Assembly (NCBI GenBank): GCA_030295235.1
Contig: AP026167.1
Location: 248,001 to 312,000 of the forward strand
Origin: Fistulifera solaris
Taxonomy: Eukaryota
Reading direction: 5' to 3'
Length of the DNA: 64,000 bases
Both the position numbers and the translations under genes were made by a program. Position 1 is the first letter of the stretch. The number at the start of each line of letters is the position of its first letter. The notes under the pieces were generated by a model. It was not told the DNA's origin. It saw only the letters and a program-made list of their open reading frames with translations, and did not search any database. This document shows positions 47,483 to 61,765 of this stretch, in pieces.

Positions 47483-50035
47483 CTAATTTTCTTCATCTCC
47501 AGTGTACAGAGGAGCTTGCTCTTCCCAATCACTATCGTCGTCAACCCGGCCAACGCTCTGCTCGTCGTCACTGGCAAACGCTGCTTCAAGCAAGCGTTGT
47601 TTGCGTTGTGCTTGTTCAAGTTCCCTCTGACGTTTTTCTTCCGCGCGTCGTCTTTGATTAGCAAGGTCCTTCTTTATATCGTATTCCTCAATCTGTAAGG
47701 GTCTATCCAACGGGAGAGTGCGCTCTTGCAATTCGAGCTTTGGTCGCTCACGCCCCGATGCCAAAAAGCGAGAGCCTTCTTTCCCATCTTCCTGTGTACT
47801 CAAACTATCAATATTCTCGCTATGCACGGTTTCTGAACGAGGCTTGAGAGGTATTGGCATTCGCTCAGAAACGACGGGAATGAACTGACTGCCCGTATTC
47901 TGTTCTGCTGTTTGCTGCAATGGATGGTCGGCCCTAGTAGCATTGAAAGTAGGTCCTCTCCATGCTCTTGCAGCAGCGGAAAGTAGCGGAAACGGAGCTC
48001 TAGTCTCTTGAAGCTTTGAGCAATGTATGTACCTACGAGGCTCTGGATCAAATGATTCAGTTCGTAGATTCCAAAATGCCGCATATTCATGAACCATTGC
48101 CCGTGTTGGGCGATCCATTTTGTTCAAGGGTAAGGAAGCCGAAGTGTCATCCGCCAGAAACGTCTTCCATCTTTTCTCAAGCTTGACTAACACAGTCATC
48201 TTGTCGCGGGCTTGTAGAATCAAAGAATCAGGATAGACCGTTGTATTCAATTCATTACCATATTCGTCCAATTGCAAACCCTCCGAAGGGCGAGCCCAAC
48301 CGGAATTCAAGCTGCCGGAAAAGCCACGGACCGTGCTTGGAACCACCCCCAATGCCTCGGCAAACGCTCGATTGCGATTCAGCTGTTCGATACTAGGGCC
48401 TTCACTGGTGGCCGATATCTCTTTGGGAATTTCTTTCGCGATTCCTACGCCTATTGCCGAAGGGTTGGACCCGAACGTTAGATTCGACATCATCGCACGA
48501 CGGATGGCTTCCTCGCGGGCCTCAAATTGACGTTGCAGTTCCTCAGGATCTGTTTTCCTCACAGCGCTGCCAATGTTGGCAAGCGTTTTAGAGGGTGGCT
48601 TTTTCTCTGCCGGTCGCTGTGTACTGCGGGAAGCTGGTTCTGCAGGTTTTGGTAGCTGCTGGACAACTGTGGAAAGTGAGGGGAACTCCCAAGCGCGCGG
48701 CACAGCACCGGATCCATGCTGTTGGGTGATATGAGACGAGGACCAGAGGGTATTACTTGACCCCACTTGTTGGCTTGCAGCGATGTCCGGGTGTGCTTCC
48801 GTTCGTAGCCCCGGATTCAACTCATCATCAATCACCATGAATCCCGTTCCGCCGTAGATGCCGTTTTCGTGATCATCCGTGGGAGATTGTCGTGACCCTG
48901 TTGTATTGTTTCGCTGTCGGCGGCGATTGTATTGTTCCGTAGATGCTGCTTCGTGTGCTAAATATTGCTGCATCAAAGTGTTGCTGTTGTTAGCAGCGCG
49001 GTTGCTTTGGTTCACAGTCGAATTTCCAAACATGGCATTCAAGAGATTCCGCGCTTCTTGTTGCAAAATAGCTGCCCTACCAGTCGCTGTGTTCGCTGCA
49101 GCACCGGCTGTGGACAAAGTAATTCCTTTGGCATCGTACGCCTCCGTCACGTTCATATTATAAAACCCATGTCGTCGCAAGTATCGATCGAGATTATTGA
49201 TCTCGTCTCTAGTCAAGTCTCGTCGATTGAGTGGATCGATAAATTGCAACTGCGATACCATATAATAAGCGAGTGCTCGTCCATCGTAAAGGTTCACATG
49301 TCTACCTCTTAGATCGAGAATCTCGGCAGTGTCGTCATTCTTAAGATCCGCATCCACTATCCCATGCTGTTCTCCCCACTGTTCCGCCAAAATACGTCGC
49401 TGGCGTTCTTCTTCTGTTTCGTGGGGTGTATCGGGAACGGGAGAGACGTCCGGAACGGGCCATTCTTCAACCGGGAGATATGGTTCATTGGCAACCAAAG
49501 CAAACGGAGGGTATTTCAAATCTCGAATATGATCCAGCGTAATGGGATCGACGGCATCTTCAGGAACTTTGCTTTTCCAGGGATATTGCTTATCCGCTGC
49601 ATTTCGTTTCCTGTTCCTCTTTTTCTTGTTCGAGTCCCCGTTCTTTTGAATCGGATTTCTGGGCTCCGTTTCTTTCGGTTGTGATACACCTTCCTCCGTC
49701 ACGATATTGCCCTCCGAAGAGCTCTCTATTTTTTGGTCCGTTTTCTTACTCGTATTCCGTTTCGATCGATTCCTACTTTGTGTCTTGGATGGCTGATTGG
49801 CGTTCACTTTCGGCGGACTCGAGGCGTCGTTCGTGTTCACAGGCGTTTCATTGCATGCTCCGGCTTGTTGTTGCTGTTTGTGTTTGCCCCTTCGTCTCTT
49901 TTTCGGTGCACCCGATGAATGCGGATTGTTTCCAGCGTCACGATTGTTGGTTGTCGTGGCAAGAGATTCCTGTGCACGATCGCCTCCTTGTTTCTTGGGA
50001 TTCGTCCGTATGACTTGACTCGGAGTGAGATCCAT
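47483..50035 (-). CDS. R3H-domain protein with a U-box-like N-terminal region
   Basis: LNKMDRPTRAMVHEYAAFWNLRTESFDPEPRRYI is an NF-X1-type R3H. Uninterrupted ORF of about 850 aa. Confidence 0.78.
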   Translation of the reverse strand: MDLTPSQVIRTNPKKQGGDRAQESLATTTNNRDAGNNPHSSGAPKKRRRGKHKQQQQAGACNETPVNTNDASSPPKVNANQPSKTQSRNRSKRNTSKKTDQKIESSSEGNIVTEEGVSQPKETEPRNPIQKNGDSNKKKRNRKRNAADKQYPWKSKVPEDAVDPITLDHIRDLKYPPFALVANEPYLPVEEWPVPDVSPVPDTPHETEEERQRRILAEQWGEQHGIVDADLKNDDTAEILDLRGRHVNLYDGRALAYYMVSQLQFIDPLNRRDLTRDEINNLDRYLRRHGFYNMNVTEAYDAKGITLSTAGAAANTATGRAAILQQEARNLLNAMFGNSTVNQSNRAANNSNTLMQQYLAHEAASTEQYNRRRQRNNTTGSRQSPTDDHENGIYGGTGFMVIDDELNPGLRTEAHPDIAASQQVGSSNTLWSSSHITQQHGSGAVPRAWEFPSLSTVVQQLPKPAEPASRSTQRPAEKKPPSKTLANIGSAVRKTDPEELQRQFEAREEAIRRAMMSNLTFGSNPSAIGVGIAKEIPKEISATSEGPSIEQLNRNRAFAEALGVVPSTVRGFSGSLNSGWARPSEGLQLDEYGNELNTTVYPDSLILQARDKMTVLVKLEKRWKTFLADDTSASLPLNKMDRPTRAMVHEYAAFWNLRTESFDPEPRRYIHCSKLQETRAPFPLLSAAARAWRGPTFNATRADHPLQQTAEQNTGSQFIPVVSERMPIPLKPRSETVHSENIDSLSTQEDGKEGSRFLASGRERPKLELQERTLPLDRPLQIEEYDIKKDLANQRRRAEEKRQRELEQAQRKQRLLEAAFASDDEQSVGRVDDDSDWEEQAPLYTGDEEN

Positions 50036-51079
50036 TTCTTTCTTGTCTTCACCCACACTTTCCCTATTTCGTCCTCCTTGTCGTGTTCGTGTACCGTTAA
50101 TGTTTTCAGATTAATCAATGAAACGAAGTGGTTGCAATGATTTACAAGTAAGTTAGAGGCAGAAACCCAGACGTGAGGTGCAATAATCAGAGTAACCGCA
50201 AAACAAAAAACCCACCATGGTCGTGATCGTTTGAGTGTTGTTACGGGACTGGGTGATATGATTCCCGGGTTCCGAACAACGGATGGTTTCAAGATGGTCG
50301 ACTTCCGCAGCTAAAACGTAATGATGGCGATTCATGGTTATGGAATATTTCGGTGAAAGAGTGTGATATCAAAGCATTGGCTCCCCCCATGGACCATTCT
50401 ACATCATTAGTACTACTTCCTTGTCGAAAACGTGAGTTAACGCACAGGCCTAGCGCGGTCTACTATATCTACTAGGAAGTACCCCTGGAACCTTTGAACG
50501 AACTTTTTTTATCGTTTTTCTGAAGAAAAGGTAAGATTTGAGCTAGGAGTAATGAGATGACGGGAAAGGTTTGTTTGGGAAAAAGCATCATGGGAATATA
50601 TACTGCGGTGTGCGAAAGGCTTGATACTGAGAAAATGGGACTTAAACTTCAAGAGGTTTCCTTGACTATGGATTTTGCACGGAGAGAAAGAATGGCTGAG
50701 GAAGGTTGCTTGAAATCAAGCGAAGAAAGATACTGGGATTGTCGTAAAGGAAAATTTGGAAGTCGGCAACAGAGAAAAACAAATCAATGATTGTAACAGG
50801 TTACTCTCCCGAGGAAAGTGACGAGCGCTTCATCGTCGGCATCGCAGCCTCCCAATTTTGCTCCCTCCCTTCCGCCAATGATCCAAAATCCCGCAACTAG
50901 AATAAGACAATGATGTGTCTAGTAGGAGCTCGTACTCTTTCAACTAACTGTGACTTCATAATCCGTCTGTCCTCCGTAAGCACGGCCCCCGAATGATTAA
51001 TAATAAACCGACACGAAGTTTTCTTCGAACAACACGGCAAAAGAAAAAAACAATCACTTCCGAGACTTCCAATATCATC

Positions 51080-52457
51080 ATGATGTTGGATTCATCATCT
51101 CCCTGTCGAATACTTTTACTCGTACTGTTGCTACGATACACGGCTCATGCATTCACCGCAACATTATCCACGCATGGACCGATTTCTATGGGCGTAGAAG
51201 AATTGGCCCAGCAACTGGGTGGCCTCGGTCGAGCGCGACTGGTTTGGGATTATTATTCCATAGGCATCGATCCGGCGGTATTTTTCGACTCTTGTGAAAC
51301 AGGAGAATCGATAGAAACAATTCAGAAACTGTTACCAAGTTCACGGAGGTCACAACCGTTGGGGAAAGAAGCCCTCGATCGTTTGTCGTCTCTCTATCAA
51401 AACCCCTCCGGTCGTTTAGAAGGTGGAGTGGCATCGTTGTCGCACATTTCACAAAGTCGCGACAAAACGACTAAATTGTTACTGCGACTGGTGGATGGAT
51501 TGGAGGTCGAAACGGTGATTATTCCCTGGGGCGACACGCGCAGTACGGTGTGTATCAGTTCTCAAGTGGGTTGTCGACAAGGTAATCGTGCTTTTGTCTT
51601 CGTCTGGTCGCATGACAACGGAACTATTCTAAATTTCTTGATCACGCAGGATGCACATTCTGCGCCACGGGTCGTATGGGAAAGATACGTTCCCTGACAT
51701 CGGACGAAATAATTGCTCAATTCTTCTTTGCTAAGAAAATCAGTCGCACACATAATTTACCGGAAATTCGTAATGTTGTATTTATGGGCATGGGGGAACC
51801 TGCGGATAATGCGGAAAATGTTGTTCGTGCTACCCACATATTAACAACGCGAGAATTGTTTCAAATTTCGGCAATGAAGGTGACCGGTACGTATGCTCTC
51901 TGACTTCTGATTGATAAGGGGTACGACTCATCATCCCACGTCTTTTCATCGATTCCGCAGTATCTACAGTAGCACCCACTCCGGATGCCTTTCAGCAATT
52001 CGTCCATGCACCGTGTGTTCTGGCGTGGTCCGTCCACGCCGCTAACAATGAATTGCGCAGAAAGTTAGTCCCCACTACGCAATATTCGATGGAAGACTTG
52101 CGACAAGGTCTCATTGATACATTATTGCAACGTCCTATGAACAATTTACGTGTCGTCATGTTAGAAGTAGCGTTGATGGATGGTGTCAATGATTCCATTA
52201 AGGAAGCGGACGAATTGGCTGAGTTTGCCCGCGTCTTGATGGAACAAGTGCCCGGTTGTAAATTGACTGTCAATTTAATCCCCTTCAATGACATTGGTCA
52301 ACAATTATATCGCAAACCATCCGAAGAACGTGTCGTGGCGTTCCAACGTCGTTTGTGGGAACACGGCATATTTACGCACATTCGCAATACTCGAGGTGAC
52401 GATGAATCAGCCGCGTGTGGACAGTTGGCCACGAAAAAAGCGCCAAGAAAGGATTGA
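51080..52457 (+). CDS. rlmN: Second RlmN-type radical-SAM RNA methyltransferase; introns 51582-51649 and 51887-51960
   Basis: Spliced [47 protein letters not shown]. Signal peptide followed by HA-F. Confidence 0.92.
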
Positions 52458-52518
52458 TTGATAATGGAATGCTATTTACATTAAAACTGTGTTAACTGAT
52501 GTTTCTTTGTTTTTCGCA

Positions 52519-53334
52519 CTAGTCCGTCATGGGGACCGCAAAGAAGTTCTGGACGGTGACGGACGGTGCGTCGGCATCCGGAATGCGTTCGTACACGGCA
52601 TGATACTTTTTGCCACCTTGTCGTGCTACTTTCTTTCCTTCTTCAGTTTCATGAATCATAGCTTCGATACAAGGATCATTCGCTTCTTCTTTTACCGTGA
52701 GACGACGGAAAAGAGGATGGGCATCACATTTCGCCACGTGCCATTGATGTAATTCCTCGACATCCGTAATACAATACAATCGACCAATAGTTGGTTTCAA
52801 CACATGAGCATATTCGGACAGAAGTCGTTCCGAAACAATGCGTCGGGGATGGTTCTTGCGCTTGAAATGTGGGTCGGGGAAACAAAAGAATAATTTGTCG
52901 AGTGACGCGGCGGCAAAGAAATTGGGCAAGAACTTCATGGAATTGGTACGCAGCACACTGCAATTTTGGTACAATGGGCCTTCTTTTCGAGCCGCCACAA
53001 TCCGTAATCGAACGTATTCCGTAACTTTGGCACGAATCTCCATCCCCAAGATCCGGGCTTCCGGTGGTAAAATTTTCCCCAGTGCCATCGTCAGTCCTCC
53101 AAATCCACAACCAATGTCCAAGACGGTCGGTGCCACATTCCCCTGTAGTCCAGGATAATGATCGATCGTCCAATCCATAAGATCGGGTCGAATGGGATAC
53201 GCGAATGAATCATTGTGTGACAGTGGATTGCAATGCGCTCGTTGGCGGTAAAACTTTTTCTGTGGTCGTTCGCCTTCGGGCGTGATGACGAGTTTTCGCT
53301 TATCATGGTCTTCGGATGATGCTTCGCTGGACAT
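52519..53334 (-). CDS. TRM8: tRNA (guanine-N7)-methyltransferase Trm8/METTL1
   Basis: PQKKFYRQRAHCNP, DIGCGFGGL, GMEIR, FCFPDPHFK, TEEGKKV. Confidence 0.96.
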   Translation of the reverse strand: MSSEASSEDHDKRKLVITPEGERPQKKFYRQRAHCNPLSHNDSFAYPIRPDLMDWTIDHYPGLQGNVAPTVLDIGCGFGGLTMALGKILPPEARILGMEIRAKVTEYVRLRIVAARKEGPLYQNCSVLRTNSMKFLPNFFAAASLDKLFFCFPDPHFKRKNHPRRIVSERLLSEYAHVLKPTIGRLYCITDVEELHQWHVAKCDAHPLFRRLTVKEEANDPCIEAMIHETEEGKKVARQGGKKYHAVYERIPDADAPSVTVQNFFAVPMTD

Positions 53335-53848
53335 GTTTTCTCAAGAAGAAGAAAGCAAATGATTATACAAACTGATGAGGAAGTGATAATAATAATAATA
53401 ATATTATTATTAATAATAATGATAAGGATCGTTTTGATTCTACAATAATGTTTGAAAATCGAGCCGAGCAGGTTGTTCGCTTTTTCCTGTTATTTAATTG
53501 GTGATAGAGCGGGGTATGGTGGGAGTAGCGACGTCCAGACGACCAGCAGATCTTACATGCATGAGAGCGCTATGTGTCGTACCATTACTCAAAGCAGACG
53601 AGCTCGACACGCATGCAGTGCGCGTGCGCGCTGACTGTGTGATGACTCACTCATTTTTTTTTCACTGGAATCTTGACACTAGGTAGTAGGATCATCCTCT
53701 TCCGCTTCCGGAGTACTACCTGGTACCTATTATAATTCTCTTTGTTGGTTTGTACTACAACCAAGTATTACTCCGTATTATTTTTTTACTGCTCTCGTCT
53801 CGTTTTGCAACAAAGGACGAGATAGAGAGAGAGACAGAGAGAGAAGGT

Positions 53849-55502
53849 ATGCGATTCTGGAAAGCGGCTTCTTTCTTACTTTGGTGCAACATTGACACCC
53901 TTGCGTTAACCGGTCACTATCGTCCATTAGCATCGTTTTTACCAAAACTACGTGGAGCAAGTTCTCGGAAAATAATGATGACATCGACATCGACATCGAA
54001 GGAAACGGCGTATCAGCAGTTGCTGCAGGAACTCGATTCCATCAAACAGTTATCCCGTGCGGCCAGTGTACTGGAATATGACAAAATGGTATTCATGCCC
54101 ATGAATGAACACAGTTCGATGGCACGAGGGAAACAATCGGCCGCTCTCGCAGCGGTGATTCACGAAAAATCCATTCAACCCAAAATCGGGGAACTCTTGG
54201 ATGAGGCACAAACGGTCGTCACCGATCCAGAACAGAAACGTGTCCTTGAATTGGCCCGGAAAGAATACGAAAAGAAAATACGCGTACCGACTGAATTGGC
54301 GGCACGGAAAGCTCAATTGTCTTCCAAGTCGTACAAGGCCTGGACGGAAGCACGGGCGGCGAATGATTTCAGTCTCTTTCAAGAGCCCTTGCGGGAATGT
54401 ATCGCGACCGCGATTGAAGTTGCTAACTGCTACAAGAAGACAGAGGATGATAACCGTAGTGTGTATTCGATTTTGTTAGATAACTATGAAGTGGGCATGG
54501 ATCCAGCACGCATCGACCAAATCTTTGATCAAATCAAAGCCGCTCTCGTTCCTTTAATCGAAAGAGTACTCGGTCCCGATGCCACGGCACCATCGCAAGA
54601 GCCACTACAGGGAACATTCGACATTGAACAACAAAAACAATTGTGTCAAACGATTGTCAAACAAATGGGTTTTGATGATACCCATGGTCGCATCGATGTC
54701 AGTGTCCATCCGTTTACCATGTCCTTGAATCCCCATGATGTTCGTATCACGTCACGATTCCGAGAGAATGAATGGTATCAAGGATTGGCGGCGACCATGC
54801 ACGAAGGGGGTCACGCCATTTACGAACAAAATTTGCATCCGGCATCTCGTCCCATCGACGAAGCGCTCAGCATGGGGATGCACGAAAGTCAATCCCTCTT
54901 TTGGGAACGACACATTGGACTTTCCAAAGAATTTTGGGACTATGCGACGCCCATCGTCAATGAACATTTAGGAACCAATCATTCTCCCGAAGCATTGTAT
55001 GGTGCCGTCAACTACGCCAAAAAAATCCTTCATTCGGGTCGAAGCGGATGAATTGACGTATCCTTTGCACGTGATTTTGCGTTTCGAAATTGAACGAGAT
55101 TTCATTCAGGGTCAATTGTCCGTGGAAGACATTCCCGCCCGGTGGAATGCCGATTTCCACACATTACTCGGTCTACAGGTGCCGTCCGATGAACAAGGCT
55201 GTTTGCAAGACATTCACTGGTCCATGCTCGCGTATGGTTATTTCCCCACCTACTTGTTAGGGGCCGCCGCGGCCGCACAACTTGCTCATTATTGTGCCAA
55301 GGATATTCCCGATATGAAAGATAAGATTAAGAAGGGCGAATTCTTGGAAATCAAATCTTGGCTCACGAACAAGGTGCATCAACATGGCAAACGCTATCCC
55401 AGTTTGGATGCTCATTTCGAAGCCGAATTGGGTGAACCGTTGAATCCTTCGTATTACATTGACTACTTGGTGAACAAGTACACGGAGTTGTATCAATGTT
55501 AA
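53849..55502 (+). CDS. M32 (carboxypeptidase Taq-type) metallocarboxypeptidase; frameshift in the A-run near 55022
   Basis: GRIDVSVHPF, DVRITSR, HEGGH (HExxH), HESQSL, IRVEADE.TYPLH, GCLQDIHW, GYFPTY. Confidence 0.93.
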
Positions 55503-55556
55503 AGTAAAACTAATTTGAGTGATACCATACGAATATAAAGATAGCGGAAAGGTTTA

Positions 55557-56584
55557 TTACGCTTCATTAGGATTCATTTGCGTCATTTGTGTTGCAAAGT
55601 TCATTGACTGTGTATCCGCTACAATGGTCGGTGCTTCCGACACTTGTGTAGACTGATTCTCCTGGGATGAAATCTCTTGCGTCGCCTGATCCAGTAGTGT
55701 AAGACTCTGTGTGGGTTCCTCCGTAGACTCGTCCGCTGCCTGGGTATTCGTTTCATTTGCAACGGATGATTCGTCGTTTGGCTCAGGCTCTTCCTCGAAT
55801 TCTGGCTCGTTCGAGGCATCCACCGACGCGTCGTCGTCCGGCACAGATTCCTTGTTCACAAGAAGACTCACAAGAGTCGGTTCGTCTTCAAATACGGCTT
55901 CTTCTTCGTCACTGGAATCATCGTGAATGGTTTTTCGACGTTTGGCGGCTGGAAGGGACGTTGTTTGAGATGATTCGTTAGCAGTCCTCGTCACGGGATG
56001 AGGAGACGACTGCACCGGATCTTCTTTCAGGACATCATCATACTCCATCGTAGGATCCTCTGGCGGCGCCCGCAATCCCAACTCCAATTCGTGCAACAAT
56101 TTCTCGGCTTTTTCACGTCCCAACACGTGTTCGACGTATCGATTCCGGGCCGTATCGCGTAAATGTTGCAAATACGTTTTAGTGGGCTGTTTGGAGCCCA
56201 ATTGTTCAATCATCAACAAGACATCGGTACTTGACGATTGGGGCCATAATTCAACGAAAAATTCCTGATACAATTTCATTAAAGAGCGTGTATACTGTGC
56301 GGCCGTTTTCGCGTCGCGGGGAAGTTTCGAATTCAAAGCTTTAAAATCATCGGGAATACGAATCAATCCATTTAGGCCGGTCAAATGTTCCACTGTCAAT
56401 GTGGGACGCTTCTTCTTTTCTGGGTAACACCGGAATAATCCAAATCGGGGGCATCGTCTTTGTTGCGTTTCTTCTCTCTATCGTTGTCTTCGTCCGCTTC
56501 TCCATGCTGTTCTGATAAAAGACGCTCTTCTTCTTCCTCCTCCTCTTCTAAGTCACTATCAAGTGAATCGTATAATGTTGCCAT
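55557..56584 (-). CDS. Tipin/Csm3/Swi3 replication-fork protection protein; frameshift near 56415
   Basis: Acidic N-terminus, KRRPTLTVEHLTGLNGL..IP..F, LM.LYQ....LWP, IEQLGSK, and an acidic TQ-rich tail. Confidence 0.75.
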
Positions 56585-56689
56585 GGTGATGGTTGATTCT
56601 GTTGGAATGACAAGTACTTGTAATAGATGATGTAATTGTTATAATCTGTTTGTTGTGGTCGAATGTCATTGTATGAGGATGAAAGAGTA

Positions 56690-56812
56690 AAGTGGCGGAG
56701 ATGAAGACGAGTGTAAAGAATGCCCGCGCGGTTCCAAATGGATCCGTTCACGGATCCCTAAATACACTCTTGTATCCAAAGTGACGCGCACGGCGTCTCC
56801 TTCGCGCGCCGG
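56690..56812. promoter_or_regulatory. Putative bidirectional G1/S promoter with E2F/MCB-like CGCG elements
   Basis: CCCGCGCGG at 56723, GACGCGC at 56783 and TTCGCGCGCC at 56801, inside an otherwise AT-rich spacer. Confidence 0.45.
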
Positions 56813-56985
56813 CATGGTTCGGAGGATGGAGGCAAATATAAAATAATACCCCGGAGTAGAAACAAAGCTTGTTTGTTTCATCCTTTCATCACAATGCGAT
56901 GATGATTCTGCTATAAATTTAAGCACTTTCTTTCTTTCAAATTTTCCGTTCCTTCCAGTACAAACAAGCCAATAGCATCATCATC

Positions 56986-59537
<2,552 letters not shown>

Positions 59538-60179
59538 AAATGGTGGAGAAGTACATACATGCAATAAGAGCCCACTAGTCGTTCGGCAGTTTCGTTTCAA
59601 GAAAGTGGAAGACAGACGTCAGCTCAATGTTTATGTACTCAGCGTATTTTTCATTAGACGGATCGTCTGTTGCTAATAGGATCGACCAGTAAGCCTTGCC
59701 CTTTGCTATCAGTGATGGTGACAAATCGAGCAATGCAGAACTCGGTTTCTACGTTCTTTAGTTTCACGACTGGTTTTCAGCCACAAGTCGTCAAAAGGCG
59801 TGTGAAACGGGCAGTCTACTTCTCTGTTGCAAGTCTTGTTATAGTGAGCAGTGAAAGACTCACAGCATTAGTCGCACTATGATCATTATAAATGATTGTT
59901 TGAAATAAAAAGGCTCCATTTAAGCTGACCTTTGAAAGTTGATTACATTTGGCTCGCGCCCGTCGATTATTCGCGTTGAAAATCTTGCCGTCTGCGACCC
60001 TAATTTTACTATAATTTCAAAATGTAGGCCTATTTTCGGCACGACTGTATTTCAGTCACGATAAAGCTGGCCGTCGTACGTCGCTGCTCGTCATCGTCAC
60101 AACATCGTCGCGCCATCTCGTTTTATTAAAAAGCCAACGATCAAAGAAAGGGAAAAGGAACCTCTTCTTCTACAACCAG

Positions 60180-61132
60180 ATGAGATTTGCAAGAATTTCT
60201 TGGTTCGTTTCGCTGGTTGGAACATTCTCAGGGATTTCCGCCCTTCATCCATGTGTGCTTTCACGTCCCGCCCTCTCGCTCCGGCCGCTTTCGACGCAAT
60301 ACATGTCCTCATGGTACGCTGACGAACTGATAGCGAAGCATCATCTCATACAAGGACATCTAGACTGCGTCGAGGTCAAAATCAATTTACCTAAAATTGG
60401 TGTGGTTACATTACTCGAAGCAACAGCGGCAACACAAAATGTTTTAGTAGAGTTGGCCATTGAGGATGACACCGAGCAATTACCCAGTGGTGATCCTTAC
60501 GGGGCTGTTCTGTGGCCAGCATCGTTGGTAATCGCGTCGCGACTCCTTGATTTTGTGTCTGGAAAAAGTGTGCTGGAACTAGGGGCCGGAACGGGGTTGG
60601 TTTCACTCGCAGCCGCGTTGGGAGGAGCAAAATCGGTATTGGCTACCGACTATGAATCGTTGCCGTTAACAATAGTGGAATACTCCGCCAGAGAGCTCAA
60701 TCAAATACCAGTGGGCCGAGGGCTTTCGCTAGATACCGCCTTCTTGGACCTATGTGATCTGCGACAGCCCTTGCCTGTAGCGGATGTGGTAGTTGCTGCC
60801 GATGTCATGTACGAGCCTTCGACAGGGAAAGCATTGGCTCACCGAGTACTGGAGGCAATGACTGCCGGCTCTCGTGTTTTAGTAGGAGATAGCCCCGGTC
60901 GCGCTGGGCGTCCGGCTTTCTTGGAAGAGTTACGTCGTTTGGGCGTAGAAGCATCTTTGTCGACACACTGGGTTCGACGGTCAAAGGTGAGCGAAACGAT
61001 CTCATATGTGGTCCGGGTTCACTAACCGTATCAACTGTACCAAAGGAATTGATTGTGGCGGTAATGGACCTTCTTCCGGAACACCATCAATCCGCGATCA
61101 GAGAATTTCGAACGAAGAAGTCGTGCATTTGA
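60180..61132 (+). CDS. METTL21/family-16-type SAM-dependent protein methyltransferase with a signal peptide; frameshift near 60955
   Basis: YGAVLWPAS, VLELGAGTGL, ATDY, VAADVMY, DSPGR. Confidence 0.85.
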
Positions 61133-61503
61133 AGTAACGACTCGCAGCGTCAGTACAAGCAAAGCCTCGATACTCAGCGCTTTCAGTTCGATTGTTGATA
61201 ACAAATTGATAGAGTAAACACAGTCAAGCTAATTGCAAAATATCAACTGGACAACTTCTTTCACTGCGTTTGGGTTGAGGGAGGGTATTTGGTAAGGTTA
61301 GAGGGTAAAAGGTTGTCGAATTGTGAGTTACATTTTTTACAAGTGTACAATAAATTCTACTGAGTGTTTAATGTTTATTGAGAGAAAGCAATCACTGGTA
61401 ACTGGATCGTGGAAAGCGGATCTATGCCCTTTCGATGTTACAAGGTACAAGCTACTGGTACTAGGTACTAGTACTTGTAGCAACTTAAGAAGAGGGATGG
61501 TGG

Positions 61504-61765
61504 TATAGTTCGACACGCTCTAAAATAACAAATAAAATACCGATATTCACGTTATAATAACGTATTATATCAGAGCCATTTTTCCCAATATCGATATTTG
61601 TCGATAATTGTACGCCTGACAGACGGATTTGTGGCATTTTACGCTAAAATGGCTGTATTTTGCGGGCGAAGACAGACGGTCGCCGATATTAATATCGGTT
61701 ATTATATCGTATAATACGATATTGATATTCGTAAAAATCGAAATATCGATATTTGTCGAACTATA
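61504..61765. mobile_element. Non-autonomous DNA transposon (MITE), 262 bp, 12-bp TIRs, 8-bp TSD (hAT-like)
   Basis: TATAGTTCGACA (61504-61515) and TGTCGAACTATA (61754-61765), flanked by GATGGTGG at 61496-61503 and 61766-61773. AT-rich interior with repeated CGATATT. Confidence 0.88.

Noticed and set aside
53385..53422. AT-rich palindrome upstream of TRM8
   Set aside because: It is explained by abutting (AAT)n/(ATT)n microsatellites.
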